Shown: positions 9,489 through 18,495, counted from the stretch's first letter. The stretch is DNA of 64,000 nt from Gemmatimonadales bacterium (GCA_035299765.1 DATGVZ010000066.1:8698-72697), one strand, 5' to 3'. A program made the numbers and translations. Notes: generated by a model from the sequence alone, not told the origin.

Positions 9489-10486
9489 GCCTTCTTGTCG
9501 GACGGTCCTGCCACCAGCATCTCCCGGATGCCACCCAGCGAGCCGAGGACGCCGGTCGCCTCGTACGGCATATAGACGACTTTGTTATTCTGCCCGGAGA
9601 CCATTTCTTTGAGCGTTTCGATGTAGCGGATCGCGATCAGGTAGCGCGCGGGATCGCCGCCCGTGCCCTTGATCGCCGCGGTGATGCGCTCGATCGCCTG
9701 CGCCTCGGCCTCGGCCACCTTGAGCCGCGCTGCCGCTTCGGCTTCGGCGTGCAGAATCTTCGCTGCCTTATCGCCTTCCGCCGTGTTGATCTCCGACTGC
9801 CGGATGCCCTCGGCGGCGAGAATGCGCGATTGCCGCTCGGCGTCGGCGGTGATGATCGTCGCCCGGCGTTCCCGCTCGGCGCGCATCTGCTTCTCCATCG
9901 CGTCACGAATGTCCCGTGGCGGATTGATGTCCTTGAGCTCCACCCGGCTGACCTTCGATCCCCACTTGTGCGTCGCCTCGTCCAGAATCGCGCGCAGCTT
10001 CGCGTTGATGGTGTCGCGCGACGAGAGGATATGGTCCAGCTCCATCTCGCCGATCACGTTGCGCAGCGTCGTCTGCGTCAGCTTCTCGATGGCGTCGGGC
10101 AGGTTCGCGATCTCGTAGGTCGCGCGAACGGGATCGGTGATCTGGGAATAAATGAGCGCGTCGATTTCCACGACCACGTTGTCCTTCGTGATCACGTTCT
10201 GGCGTGGAAATACGTAGACGGTCTCGCGCAGGTCGATACGCTCGGTGCGGAAGCGGCGGGAATAGCTGTCACCTGCCGGTGTGACGATTGTCTGGTGCCA
10301 ATCGACCGACCGCGGCCGATCGATGATCGGTACGATGAAGTTGATCCCCGAGGCCAGGGTCTTGTGGTAGCGGCCGAGGCGCTCGACGATCATCGTCTGA
10401 GCCTGCTGGACGACGCGAATGCTCTTGGAGATCAGAACGATGACGCCGAAGGCGACGGCGGCGACGAGTATCGTGCCTGGACCCAC
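9485..10486 (-). CDS. SPFH/band 7 (stomatin-like) membrane protein
   Basis: N-terminal TM helix followed by IRVVQQAQTMIVERLGRYHKTL.SGINFIVPIIDR and an Ala/Glu-rich coiled tail. It lies directly downstream of an NfeD gene, the classic pairing. Confidence 0.9.
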   Translation of the reverse strand: MGPGTILVAAVAFGVIVLISKSIRVVQQAQTMIVERLGRYHKTLASGINFIVPIIDRPRSVDWHQTIVTPAGDSYSRRFRTERIDLRETVYVFPRQNVITKDNVVVEIDALIYSQITDPVRATYEIANLPDAIEKLTQTTLRNVIGEMELDHILSSRDTINAKLRAILDEATHKWGSKVSRVELKDINPPRDIRDAMEKQMRAERERRATIITADAERQSRILAAEGIRQSEINTAEGDKAAKILHAEAEAAARLKVAEAEAQAIERITAAIKGTGGDPARYLIAIRYIETLKEMVSGQNNKVVYMPYEATGVLGSLGGIREMLVAGPSDKKA

Positions 10487-10489
10487 GCG

Positions 10490-10930
10490 TTAGATCTCCT
10501 TTTCGACCATCAGAGTTGTGCCGTCCACCTGGATGATCGTGACGGGCGTGCCCGGCTCGATCGCCGTGGCGTCGCTGGAGGCACCGCGCCAATCTTCGCC
10601 GTCGACTTTCACACGGCCGGTGCTGCCCGGTCCGATCCGCTCCGTCACGATCGCCGTCTTACCAAGGAGGGCGTCCACGCCGGTGCGCAGTTCGGAGCCC
10701 GGGCCGAGCTGGAAGTAGTGCATCAGACGCGGCCGCAGCCCTGCCATGCTCGCGACGCTGGAGACGGCGAATGCGATGCCTTCGGTGACCAGTCCCAAGC
10801 CCGGGATCAGCGCGACGACTCCCGCCACGAAGGCCCCGACCGCGAGGCAGGCGAGCCAGAAACCCGCGGTGAACATTTCGGCGACCAGCAGCGCGACACT
10901 GGCGAGAAACCAAATCAGCCAATCGGGCAT
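10490..10930 (-). CDS. NfeD family membrane protein
   Basis: Hydrophobic N-terminal half plus a C-terminal OB-like segment (GRVKVDGEDWRGASSD...GTPVTIIQVDGTTLMVE). Start set at ATG 10930 (MPDWLIWF...); TTG 10972 is the alternative. Confidence 0.85.
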   Translation of the reverse strand: MPDWLIWFLASVALLVAEMFTAGFWLACLAVGAFVAGVVALIPGLGLVTEGIAFAVSSVASMAGLRPRLMHYFQLGPGSELRTGVDALLGKTAIVTERIGPGSTGRVKVDGEDWRGASSDATAIEPGTPVTIIQVDGTTLMVEKEI

Positions 10931-10999
10931 ATGGTTGAAAGCTGCAACCCTTACCGGAGTTACGCTATCCAATTGTCATCCCCTCGCGGAGCCGCCCCT

Positions 11000-12088
11000 A
11001 TGATCCTGCGCTCGCTGTCGCTCGTTGCCTGTGCCACACTGCTCGGTATTCCCGCTGCTGCTCAAACGTCACGTTATGTCCTCAAGGGCGACTCGGTCGC
11101 CGTATACAACCTCGTCGGCGCGCTGCGGGTCGAGGCCGGATCCGGCGGCGATGTCGTCGTCGAAGTGCAGCGGGGCGGGAGCGACGCTGCCAAGGTCCAG
11201 GTCGAATCCGGGCCGCTGCGCGGCCGCGAGACGTTGCGCGTCATCTATCCTGGCGACGTCATCGTGATGCCCGATTGGGGACGAGGGTGGAACACGACGT
11301 TGCGCGTCCGCGATGATGGAACGTTCGGCGACGACAGCGGATGGGACGGAGCGAGCCACAAGCACGGACGGTTTCGCGATCGGGAAGGGCACGAGGTACG
11401 CATCACGGGCCGTTCGCGCGATGGACTCGAGGCATCTGCCGATCTGCACGTGACGGTCCCCGCCGGCAAGAACGTCGCGCTGTACCTGGGCGTCGGCAAA
11501 GCGGTCGTGACCAACGTCGATGGCGTCATCCGCGTGTACGTCGCGTCGGCTGACGTCGCCGTCGATCGCACGCGCGGCACGCTGCGCGTCTCGACCGGCT
11601 CTGGAAACGTGGATCTCCGCGACGGCACCGGCGACGTCAGTCTGGAAACCGGCTCGGGCGACATCACGGTATCCGGAACCAGCGGTGCGCGGCTGCGTCT
11701 GAACACCGGCTCGGGCGGCGTCACGCTCCGCGATGGCAAGGCGAGCGACCTGATGGTCGAAACGGGATCGGGCGACATCGAGGCGACCAACACGTCGGGT
11801 GACCAGGTGTCGTTCGAGACGGGCAGCGGCAATGTCGACGTCGCGCTGGTCGCCACGTTCCGCTCGCTGCGGATCGAAACCGGCTCCGGCGACGTCACAC
11901 TCAGAGTGCCGCAGACGCTTGGCGCGCAGGTGGATCTCGACACGGGCAGCGGTGACATCGATCTCGGTGGGTTGACGCTACAAGTCCGACGCCTCGAGCA
12001 TGATCACATCACCGGGACGATAGGCGACGGCAGTGGCCGTGTCTCGGTCGAGACCGGATCAGGCAACGTGCGGCTGCAGAAGCTCTAG
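11000..12088 (+). CDS. DUF4097-type beta-strand repeat protein (putative adhesin-like), secreted
   Basis: This is the real part of the long ORF 9479..12088. It starts at ATG 11000 (MILRSLSLVACATLLGIPAAAQ, a signal peptide). The C-terminal half is a run of (E/N/D)TGSG(D/N)(I/V) repeats. Confidence 0.8.
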   Translation: MILRSLSLVACATLLGIPAAAQTSRYVLKGDSVAVYNLVGALRVEAGSGGDVVVEVQRGGSDAAKVQVESGPLRGRETLRVIYPGDVIVMPDWGRGWNTTLRVRDDGTFGDDSGWDGASHKHGRFRDREGHEVRITGRSRDGLEASADLHVTVPAGKNVALYLGVGKAVVTNVDGVIRVYVASADVAVDRTRGTLRVSTGSGNVDLRDGTGDVSLETGSGDITVSGTSGARLRLNTGSGGVTLRDGKASDLMVETGSGDIEATNTSGDQVSFETGSGNVDVALVATFRSLRIETGSGDVTLRVPQTLGAQVDLDTGSGDIDLGGLTLQVRRLEHDHITGTIGDGSGRVSVETGSGNVRLQKL

Positions 12089-12516
12089 ACGTCTCCTTCT
12101 TCGAGCCGCCGCAGCTCGCGGCGCTCTTTTTTTGTCGGCCGGCCCTTGCCTGTGTAGGCAGGGGCCGGTGCCATTTTGTGCTGTTCGGCGAGCCGTTCAC
12201 GCGCGGCGCGACCCTCGATCGATTCTTCGTAGAGCAATTGGGCATCGCGAGCCGAGCCGCGTCGATTAGAGAGCGCTCGCACCGTCAGCAGCCAGTCATA
12301 CGGACCGATACGAACTCGCAGCTCGTCGCCGAGGTGAATCTGCTTGCCGGGCTTGGCGCGTGTACCGTTGACCTGTACCTTGCCGCCGGAGATGGCGCCT
12401 GCAGCAAGGCCGCGCGTCTTGAAGAAACGCGCGGCCCAGAGCCAACGATCGAGGCGAACCGAGTCTACCGGCTGCGGAGTTTGCCGAGCAACCGTAGGAT
12501 CTCGAGGTACAGCCAA
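12085..12516 (-). CDS. hslR: S4-domain RNA-binding heat-shock protein 15-like
   Basis: C-terminal part of ORF 12085..13053: VRLDRWLWAARFFKTRGLAAGAISGGKVQVNG...KKERRELRRLEEGD is collinear with Hsp15. The only start codon just upstream of the conserved block is TTG at 12516. That start overlaps the BI-1 gene end by about 50 nt. Confidence 0.75.
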   Translation of the reverse strand: MAVPRDPTVARQTPQPVDSVRLDRWLWAARFFKTRGLAAGAISGGKVQVNGTRAKPGKQIHLGDELRVRIGPYDWLLTVRALSNRRGSARDAQLLYEESIEGRAARERLAEQHKMAPAPAYTGKGRPTKKERRELRRLEEGDV

Positions 12517-13196
12517 ATCAGCGTCACCATCAAGCCGAACGCGCCGTACCACTCCATGAATTTCGGCGCGCCGTGCTCGGCGCCCTGCTCGATGAAGTCG
12601 AAATCGAGGACCAGGTTCAGCGACGCGATCACGACGACGAACAGACTGAAACCGATGCCGAGCGCGCTTCCCTCGTGCAGGAAGGGAATGCGGATGCCCC
12701 AGAAGCTGAGCCCGATCGCGACTAAATAGAAAATCGCGATCCCGCCCGTCGCCGCGGCGACGCCGAGCCTGAACTTCTGCGTCACGGAAATCAGGTGGGC
12801 GCGATACACGATCAACAGCGCGAACAGCGTTCCGAACGTCAGCGCCACGGCCTGGATGACAATGCCGTGGTAGGTCGCTTCGAGAATCGCGGACAATGCG
12901 CCGAGTGCGAGTCCTTCGAGCGCCGCGTAGACCGGCGCCGTGATGGGCGCCCAGGCGGGCTTGAATATCGTGACCAGCGCGACCGCGAAGCCGCCGAGTA
13001 GGCCGGTCCAGAGATATCCCCCAACGGGTACGCCGGCGAACGTCTGCATCCACGTGTACGTCGCGGTTGCGACGAGTAGGAGGAGCAGGAAGCCGGTGCG
13101 ATTGACGGTTCCTTCGATCGTCATCCCTTCGCCGGCGGCGATGGGACCGAAGCGTTCGAAGGTTTTGGCGTTCAATGCTGGGTTACTGGTACGCAT
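12465..13196 (-). CDS. Bax inhibitor-1/YccA family membrane protein
   Basis: 243 aa with 7 predicted helices. The N-terminus is MRTSNPALN...F and the charged C-terminus is LLGKLRSR, typical of BI-1/YccA. Confidence 0.85.
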   Translation of the reverse strand: MRTSNPALNAKTFERFGPIAAGEGMTIEGTVNRTGFLLLLLVATATYTWMQTFAGVPVGGYLWTGLLGGFAVALVTIFKPAWAPITAPVYAALEGLALGALSAILEATYHGIVIQAVALTFGTLFALLIVYRAHLISVTQKFRLGVAAATGGIAIFYLVAIGLSFWGIRIPFLHEGSALGIGFSLFVVVIASLNLVLDFDFIEQGAEHGAPKFMEWYGAFGLMVTLIWLYLEILRLLGKLRSR

Positions 13197-13226
13197 CTAT
13201 CTCCCCTGTAAGAAGCGGATTGCAAG

Positions 13227-14537
13227 CTAGTGACGGGCCGCCAGATAATCCACGGCCGCATGCGCAAGTGCCCGTATACCAATCGGAAAGGCCGCTTCAT
13301 CCACGAAGAAGCGGGGCGAATGGTTCGGCGCCGCGGTGCGGGGATCCGTTCCCGGCGGCGTGATGCCCAAGAAGAAGAACACTCCGGGCACGCGCTCCTG
13401 ATAGCGGGAGAAATCCTCAGCCGCCGTGATCGGTGGGCCGAGTGAGACGTGAGTGGCACCGGCCACCGCGCGCAGGGTGGGAAGCAGTCTCTCGGTAAGC
13501 GCGGGATCGTTGTACGTCACCGGGTTGCCGCTGTCGATGGCGACAAACGCGGAGGCGCCGGCGCTTTGCGCGATGGATTCCGCGGTCCGCCGTACGCGAT
13601 CGAACACGTCGCGGCGCACAGCGTCCTCGAACGTGCGGATCGTTCCGATCATGACGACACTGTCGGGGATGATATTGTTGCGCACGCCACCATTGATCGC
13701 GCCGACGGTGACCACTGCGGGCGCAGCCGTCAAGTCGATCTGCCGGCTCGCGATCGTCTGAAGGCCGAGGACGATTTGCGACGCGATGACGATAGGATCG
13801 ATTCCCGCCCACGGAATCGCGCCATGTGTCTGCCGCCCGTGCACGACAATCCGGAAGGAGTTCGAGCTGGCCATCGTGCCGCCAGGCCGATAACGAATCT
13901 CGCCCGTTGGATACGGGAACACGTGCAGGCCAAAGATGGCGTCGGGTTTTGGATTCTCGAGCGCCCCTTCCGCGATCATCAGCGCGGCGCCCCCCTGTTC
14001 TCCCGCCGGCGCCCCTTCTTCCGCTGGCTGGAAGATGAATTTGACGGTCCCGGGGAGGTCGTTGCGCATGCTCGTCAGGATCTCGGCGACCCCCATGAGC
14101 ATGGCCGTGTGCGCGTCGTGGCCGCAGGCGTGCATGACGCCGACTTCCTGGCCGTTGTAGGTCGCCCGCACTTTGGACGCGAACGGCACATCGACCTCTT
14201 CGGTGACGGGCAGCGCGTCCATGTCCGCGCGGAGCGCCACGACCGGTCCCGGTTTGCCGCCGCGGAGTACGCCGACGACCCCGGTATGGGCGACGCCGGT
14301 GCGCACCTCGAGTCCCAGCGCGCGGAGCTCCTGCGCGACGATGTCAGCGGTACGCGTCTCGCGATTCGACAGCTCCGGATGCGCGTGGATGTCACGACGC
14401 CACGCGACGACTTTCTCGACGACTTGCGGGACGCGCCGATCGACATCGGCGTCAAGGCGGTTTGCTTGGGCGGAGAGAGATGGAACGGCCGCAAACGCGG
14501 CCAGGGACATCGAGGCAATGCGCAGGAGAGTAGTCAT
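13227..14537 (-). CDS. M20D family amidohydrolase (N-acyl-amino acid amidohydrolase-like), secreted
   Basis: Signal peptide MTTLLRIASMSLAAFAAVPSLSAQ. Motifs WRRDIHAHPELS, MHACGHDAH and FQPAEEG are typical of M20D. Confidence 0.85.
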   Translation of the reverse strand: MTTLLRIASMSLAAFAAVPSLSAQANRLDADVDRRVPQVVEKVVAWRRDIHAHPELSNRETRTADIVAQELRALGLEVRTGVAHTGVVGVLRGGKPGPVVALRADMDALPVTEEVDVPFASKVRATYNGQEVGVMHACGHDAHTAMLMGVAEILTSMRNDLPGTVKFIFQPAEEGAPAGEQGGAALMIAEGALENPKPDAIFGLHVFPYPTGEIRYRPGGTMASSNSFRIVVHGRQTHGAIPWAGIDPIVIASQIVLGLQTIASRQIDLTAAPAVVTVGAINGGVRNNIIPDSVVMIGTIRTFEDAVRRDVFDRVRRTAESIAQSAGASAFVAIDSGNPVTYNDPALTERLLPTLRAVAGATHVSLGPPITAAEDFSRYQERVPGVFFFLGITPPGTDPRTAAPNHSPRFFVDEAAFPIGIRALAHAAVDYLAARH

Positions 14538-14617
14538 GAGAATAAGCTAGCCCGAATCCGCGCAACCTTTCCACCGTACAGACTGTCGAACCCTAGGGCC
14601 CTTTCTGGAGAAATCGT

Positions 14618-15448
14618 ATGAGCCGTCTGGCACTATTACTCGCCGGTAGCGCACTCATCCTTCCGCTCGCATCTCTCACTGCCCAGGAAAGCGACGAGGA
14701 ATGGCTACTGAGATGCCGTGAATCCTCGTGGGGCGATTGGTCGTCCCGCGCTCGGCACTGCGAAATCCGCGAGCTAGGTCTCAAGGCGGCGGGCAAGCCA
14801 CTGACCGTAGACCCGAGTATGAATGGCGGCGTCGAGATCGAAGCGTGGGATTCCGATAGCATCGACATCGCGGCCCGCATACAGGTCGGCGCTCGTACCG
14901 CCGACGAGGCGGACGCGATCGCCCGTGACATTCATATCGAAGCGTCAGGCGCCACTATCCGCGCCAGGGGACCTGGTCCGTTGGGGCGCCACCAGAACTG
15001 GTCTGTGAACTTCGTCGTGTTGGTGCCACGCCGAACGGATCTGTCGCTGGCCACTCAGAACGGGCCGTTATCGGTGAAAAACGTCAACGGCCACATGGAG
15101 CTGTCGACGTTGAACGGGCCGCTGTACCTCTCAGGCGTGGCGGGCGACGTGCACGCGCGCGCCGAAAATGGTCCCCTGGCTGTGAGACTGATGGGCTCGC
15201 GCTGGGACGGCGTTGGACTCGACGCCGAAACGACAAACGGCCCGGCGGATCTTCGCATTCCGGACGATTACAACGCGAAGATCGAGTTCGGAACCGTGAA
15301 CGGTCCGATGAACGTGGGCTTCCCACTGACGGTGACACTCAGCGGAAGAGTTCGAGACCGCATCTCCACGACGCTGGGCAGCGGTGGGCCTCCGGTTCGC
15401 GTGGTGACGACGAACGGGCCGATGACGGTGCGGCGCACCAGTCCCTAG
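14618..15448 (+). CDS. DUF4097-like secreted repeat protein
   Basis: Signal peptide MSRLALLLAGSALILPLASLTAQ. Repeated (Q/L/V/T)NGP(L/M/A) strands follow (NGPLSVKN, NGPLYLSG, NGPLAVRL, NGPADLRI, NGPMNVGF, NGPMTVRR). Confidence 0.7.
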   Translation: MSRLALLLAGSALILPLASLTAQESDEEWLLRCRESSWGDWSSRARHCEIRELGLKAAGKPLTVDPSMNGGVEIEAWDSDSIDIAARIQVGARTADEADAIARDIHIEASGATIRARGPGPLGRHQNWSVNFVVLVPRRTDLSLATQNGPLSVKNVNGHMELSTLNGPLYLSGVAGDVHARAENGPLAVRLMGSRWDGVGLDAETTNGPADLRIPDDYNAKIEFGTVNGPMNVGFPLTVTLSGRVRDRISTTLGSGGPPVRVVTTNGPMTVRRTSP

Positions 15449-15888
15449 ACGCCGATATCCTCGTTCCACAGCTCCGGGTGCGCCCGGATGAACTCGGTCA
15501 TGATGCGGATGCAGGTAGGATCCTGCCGTACATCGATCGAGACGCCACGGCCCGCAAGTAGCTCCTCCTCCCCGCGAAACGTGCGGTTCTCCCCGATGAC
15601 GGTCCGCGGAATTCCATAGAGCAGAATCGCGCCGCTGCACATCGCGCACGGGGACAGCGTCGTGTACAACGTCGCGTTGCGATAGACCGTGGCCGGCAGC
15701 CTTCCCGCGTTCTCCAACGCGTCCATCTCGCCGTGCAGCACTGGACTCCCTTTCTGCACTCGGCGGTTGTGTCCGCGTCCCAGGACCTTGCCGCCTGCAA
15801 CGAGCACCGACCCGATCGGGATTCCTCCCTCTCTCAGGCCCTGCTCGGCCTCCGCGATCGCGGCCGCCAGAAACGGATCGGTCGTCAT
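15445..15888 (-). CDS. FCY1-type cytosine/nucleoside deaminase (CDA zinc-binding fold)
   Basis: HGEMDALENAG...TLYTTLSPCAMCSGAILLYGIPR...WNEDIGV is collinear end to end with yeast-type cytosine deaminase as I recall it (HxE and PCxxC zinc ligands). Confidence 0.85.
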   Translation of the reverse strand: MTTDPFLAAAIAEAEQGLREGGIPIGSVLVAGGKVLGRGHNRRVQKGSPVLHGEMDALENAGRLPATVYRNATLYTTLSPCAMCSGAILLYGIPRTVIGENRTFRGEEELLAGRGVSIDVRQDPTCIRIMTEFIRAHPELWNEDIGV

Positions 15889-16535
15889 CGAGCCTCGGCG
15901 ATCATGGCGTCGTACTCAAGCACATTGGGTCCGCGTGGTGCTTCAAGCGCGATGCGTGTCATCGCGCGGGCGATGACCGCGGCGTGAATTGGCCGATAGC
16001 GCCGCAGTCGTCCAAACAGGAGCCACGAGAGGAGCGGAGCAGCCATTATCGCGATGCGCTCGCCGAGGCGGAATTCCGCACGCTCGCCGAGCAGCAGCGA
16101 CGGCCGGAAAATCTGAATCGCGCGATAGGGGAGTTTACGAACGTCTGCTTCCGTGTCGCCTTTGACGCGGCTGTAGAACACCCGCGCGGCGGGATCGGCG
16201 CCGATCGCGCTCACGAGCAGGAATTGCGTTGCGCCGGCGCGTAAGCCCGCCCGCGCCAGTGCAACGACGTAGTCGTGATCGACGCGCCGGAACGCTGCCT
16301 GCGATCCCGCTTGTTTGATCGTGGTGCCGAGACAACAGAAGACGTCATCGATGTGTGGGAGATCGGTAAGGGAATCGAAGTCGACAATGCGCTGCTCTAG
16401 CTTGTCGTGGCGTTGAGGGATGAGGCGACGGCCGATGGTAACGACCCCGGTCCAGGCGCTGTCTGCGAGCAGATGCTGCAGAACGTGACTGCCCACGAGG
16501 CCGGTCGCGCCGGCGAGCAAAGCGGTGCGGCTCAC
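15885..16535 (-). CDS. NAD(P)H-binding oxidoreductase (atypical SDR, HTATIP2-like)
   Basis: The N-terminal Rossmann motif LLAGATGLVGSHVL is present; 216 aa. Confidence 0.75.
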   Translation of the reverse strand: MSRTALLAGATGLVGSHVLQHLLADSAWTGVVTIGRRLIPQRHDKLEQRIVDFDSLTDLPHIDDVFCCLGTTIKQAGSQAAFRRVDHDYVVALARAGLRAGATQFLLVSAIGADPAARVFYSRVKGDTEADVRKLPYRAIQIFRPSLLLGERAEFRLGERIAIMAAPLLSWLLFGRLRRYRPIHAAVIARAMTRIALEAPRGPNVLEYDAMIAEAR

Positions 16536-16564
16536 GCCCGCTAAAGTAAGTTATTATCGCACTC

Positions 16565-17296
16565 GTGGTCACCTTTGCGATCATTCAATCCGGTTTGTCG
16601 AACGCGCTGCAACATCAGCCGCTCGTTGCCGTGCCGCTGCTCTTTCTGGCCGGTCTTGTGACGAGCACCAATCCCTGCATTTGGCCGATGATCCCGATCA
16701 CCATCGGTACGATCACCGGCGTGGGGGGGGGCACGCAGGGCGCGACGCCTTCGCGCCGCCGCACGATTGCGCTGACGCTGACGTACGTCGCCGGGCTGGC
16801 GCTGTTTTACGCGATTCTCGGACTGATCGCAGGATTGAGCGGATCGCTGTTCGGCACCATCAGCTCGAACCGATGGTCGCGCCTCGTCATCGGGAGTCTG
16901 CTGCTCGTGTTTGCACTGGTGATGTTCGACGTGATTCCGGTCCGGATGCCGGCGCGGTTGGCCACGTGGGCCGGAAGTCTCGGCGGAGGATCGTATCCGG
17001 CGGTGTTTCTGCTGGGCGCCACTTCAGGAATCGTCGCGGCCCCCTGCGGTGCGCCCGCATTCGCGGTGGTCCTCACCTGGGTGGCGGCGACGCACAGTGC
17101 GACGTTGGGATTCGTGTACCTGTTTGTATTCTCGTTGGGAATGACGGCCGTCCTGATGATCGTCGGGATCTTCTCGGGAGTGCTGGCAATTCTGCCGAAG
17201 CCGGGCGCATGGATGAACAGGATCAAAAAAGCCGCGGGCGTGGTTCTCCTGCTCATGGCTGAGTACTACTTCGTCAAAGCGGGGCAAGTATGGTGA
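16565..17296 (+). CDS. ccdA: Cytochrome c biogenesis/thiol-disulfide transmembrane electron transporter CcdA (DsbD family)
   Basis: Polytopic protein with the two conserved Cys regions, LVTSTNPCIWPMIP and GIVAAPCGAPAF. Confidence 0.85.
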   Translation: MVTFAIIQSGLSNALQHQPLVAVPLLFLAGLVTSTNPCIWPMIPITIGTITGVGGGTQGATPSRRRTIALTLTYVAGLALFYAILGLIAGLSGSLFGTISSNRWSRLVIGSLLLVFALVMFDVIPVRMPARLATWAGSLGGGSYPAVFLLGATSGIVAAPCGAPAFAVVLTWVAATHSATLGFVYLFVFSLGMTAVLMIVGIFSGVLAILPKPGAWMNRIKKAAGVVLLLMAEYYFVKAGQVW

Positions 17297-17823
17297 CTGG
17301 GTACGCGGTGTGCGGTGCGGTGTGCGCGGGGGTGCTGCTCTTGGGGCCCGCCCTCATGTCTGCACAAGAGGTCATCGGCATTCCGGTCGGCGAGACGCCG
17401 CCCGCCGTCACGCTGCAGAATCTCAACGGCGACTCAGTCTCCTTGTCCCAATGGATCGGGAAGAAGCCCGTCCTCATCGAGTTTTGGGCGACGTGGTGCC
17501 CCATTTGCGCCGAGCTGTTGCCGCGGATGGAGGCCGCCCACAAGAAGTACGGCGATCGCGCCGAGTTTCTCGTGGTCGCCGTGGCCGTGAACGAGAGCCA
17601 GAACACGGTTCGGCGTCATCTCGAGAAGCAGCCGATGCCGTTCACCATCCTCTGGGATGGCAACGGCGCCGCGGTGCGCGCCTTTCAAGCCCCGAACACG
17701 TCCTACGTCGCGGTTCTCGACGCCACAGGGCGCGTTGTGTATACGGGGGTCGGGGCGGATCAGGATATCGAAGGAGGACTCCAAAAGGCGGCAGGGGCGC
17801 CAACGGCGGCAGGGCGACGTTAG
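17290..17823 (+). CDS. TlpA/ResA-like periplasmic thioredoxin-fold thiol:disulfide oxidoreductase
   Basis: Signal/anchor sequence followed by KPVLIEFWATWCPICAELLP (WCxxC). It overlaps ccdA by 7 nt. Confidence 0.85.
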   Translation: MVTGYAVCGAVCAGVLLLGPALMSAQEVIGIPVGETPPAVTLQNLNGDSVSLSQWIGKKPVLIEFWATWCPICAELLPRMEAAHKKYGDRAEFLVVAVAVNESQNTVRRHLEKQPMPFTILWDGNGAAVRAFQAPNTSYVAVLDATGRVVYTGVGADQDIEGGLQKAAGAPTAAGRR

Positions 17824-17843
17824 GCCATCGCCCTTGCCGCCGT
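17803..17843. terminator. Long imperfect hairpin between convergent tlpA and the peroxiredoxin gene (candidate bidirectional terminator)
   Basis: ACGGCGGCAGGGCGA (17803-17817) pairs with TCGCCCTTGCCGCCGT (17828-17843): 15 bp with one bulge and a 10-nt loop holding the tlpA stop. An outer helix GGCGGCA (17788-94) / TGCCGCC (17853-59) extends it. There is no clear U-tract. Confidence 0.45.
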
Positions 17844-17848
17844 TGCCG

Positions 17849-18433
17849 TCATTGCCGCCCTGTGCTGTCCGCCGGCACCAGCTTCGCGATCGCCGCCGTC
17901 AACTCCGTATATGCGGTCGGATCGATCTCCCGGAACGGCGTCGCTCGGTAGGCGATTTTCCCGTCCGGTCCTACTACGAACAGAGTGCGGTTGTCGAGCT
18001 TGTACTGGGCGTTGAACGCGCCATACGCTTTCCCGACCGCTGAATTCGAATCGCTCGCAAACAGGAATGGATACTCGGCGTCCCGCGCCCATGAGGCGAG
18101 GGCGGTGTCCGGGTCTGCGCTGATGGCGATGAGAACGACGTTGCGGCCGTTTTTGAAAACCTGTGCGTACTGATCACGGTACGCATTCATTTGAATCGTT
18201 CAGCCACGCGTTCGGGCTTTGAAGAAGAACGCGAGCACGACCGTCTTTCCCTTGTAATCGCTGAGGCGCACTGGACTGCGGACCGTTCCGAATCGGGTTG
18301 CGCCGGGCACGGAGAAGTCGGGAGCTACGGCGCCGACCTCTGGTACCGGCGGCGCAGCCGGCGCGGCCTGCTGTTGCGCCGCGGCGCCAGCCGCCAAAAC
18401 GGTGAGCCCACCAACCAACGCAAGCTGTCGCAT
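17849..18433 (-). CDS. Exported AhpC/TSA-family peroxiredoxin with in-frame TGA at the peroxidatic Cys position (candidate selenoprotein, or otherwise a nonsense-disrupted gene)
   Basis: Track ORFs 18200..18433 and 17849..18190 share one frame. The joined sequence reads APDFSVPG...KGKTVVLAFFFKARTRG-TGA-TIQMNAYRDQY...DNRTLFVVGPDGKI. The TGA (18202-18200) sits where the T-x-x-C active-site Cys belongs. The signal peptide is MRQLALVGGLTVLAAGAAAQ. Confidence 0.65.
18164..18185 (-). promoter_or_regulatory. SECIS-like hairpin downstream of the in-frame UGA
   Basis: On the minus-strand RNA the sequence is UGA + 14 nt + UGCGUAC-CGUGAUCA-GUACGCA. That is a perfect 7-bp stem with an 8-nt loop carrying G at position 2, and the loop starts about 21 nt after the UGA. 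Confidence 0.5.
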
Positions 18434-18495
18434 AGACGATCCTCTTTTAGAGCCGCGAGAATATATCTATTTGGCGAGCAGCTCGCCGGTCTTCA

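Noticed and set aside
9479-10999. The N-terminal 507 codons of the 869-aa ORF 9479..12088.
   Set aside because: This part is antisense to the stomatin and NfeD genes and has a shadow-ORF composition. A signal peptide and the ATG at 11000 define the real DUF4097 gene.
16723-16731. Homopolymer G/C tracts of 8-10 nt as possible phase-variation sites: G9 at 16723, C8 at 31496, G10 at 34958, G8 at 36341, G10 at 41354.
   Set aside because: At roughly one-third G and one-third C, a back-of-envelope estimate predicts on the order of ten or more runs of at least 8 nt and one or two runs of 10 nt in 64 kb by chance. All five are in frame as Gly or Pro codons.
17824-17860. Three tandem 9-mers (NNNTTGCCG) after the tlpA stop, considered as a micro-repeat array, together with possible read-through of the peroxiredoxin's terminal TGA.
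   Set aside because: The 9-mers are simply one arm of the long convergent hairpin at 17788-17859. The sequence after the terminal TGA (RQRRQGRWP) has no coding character.
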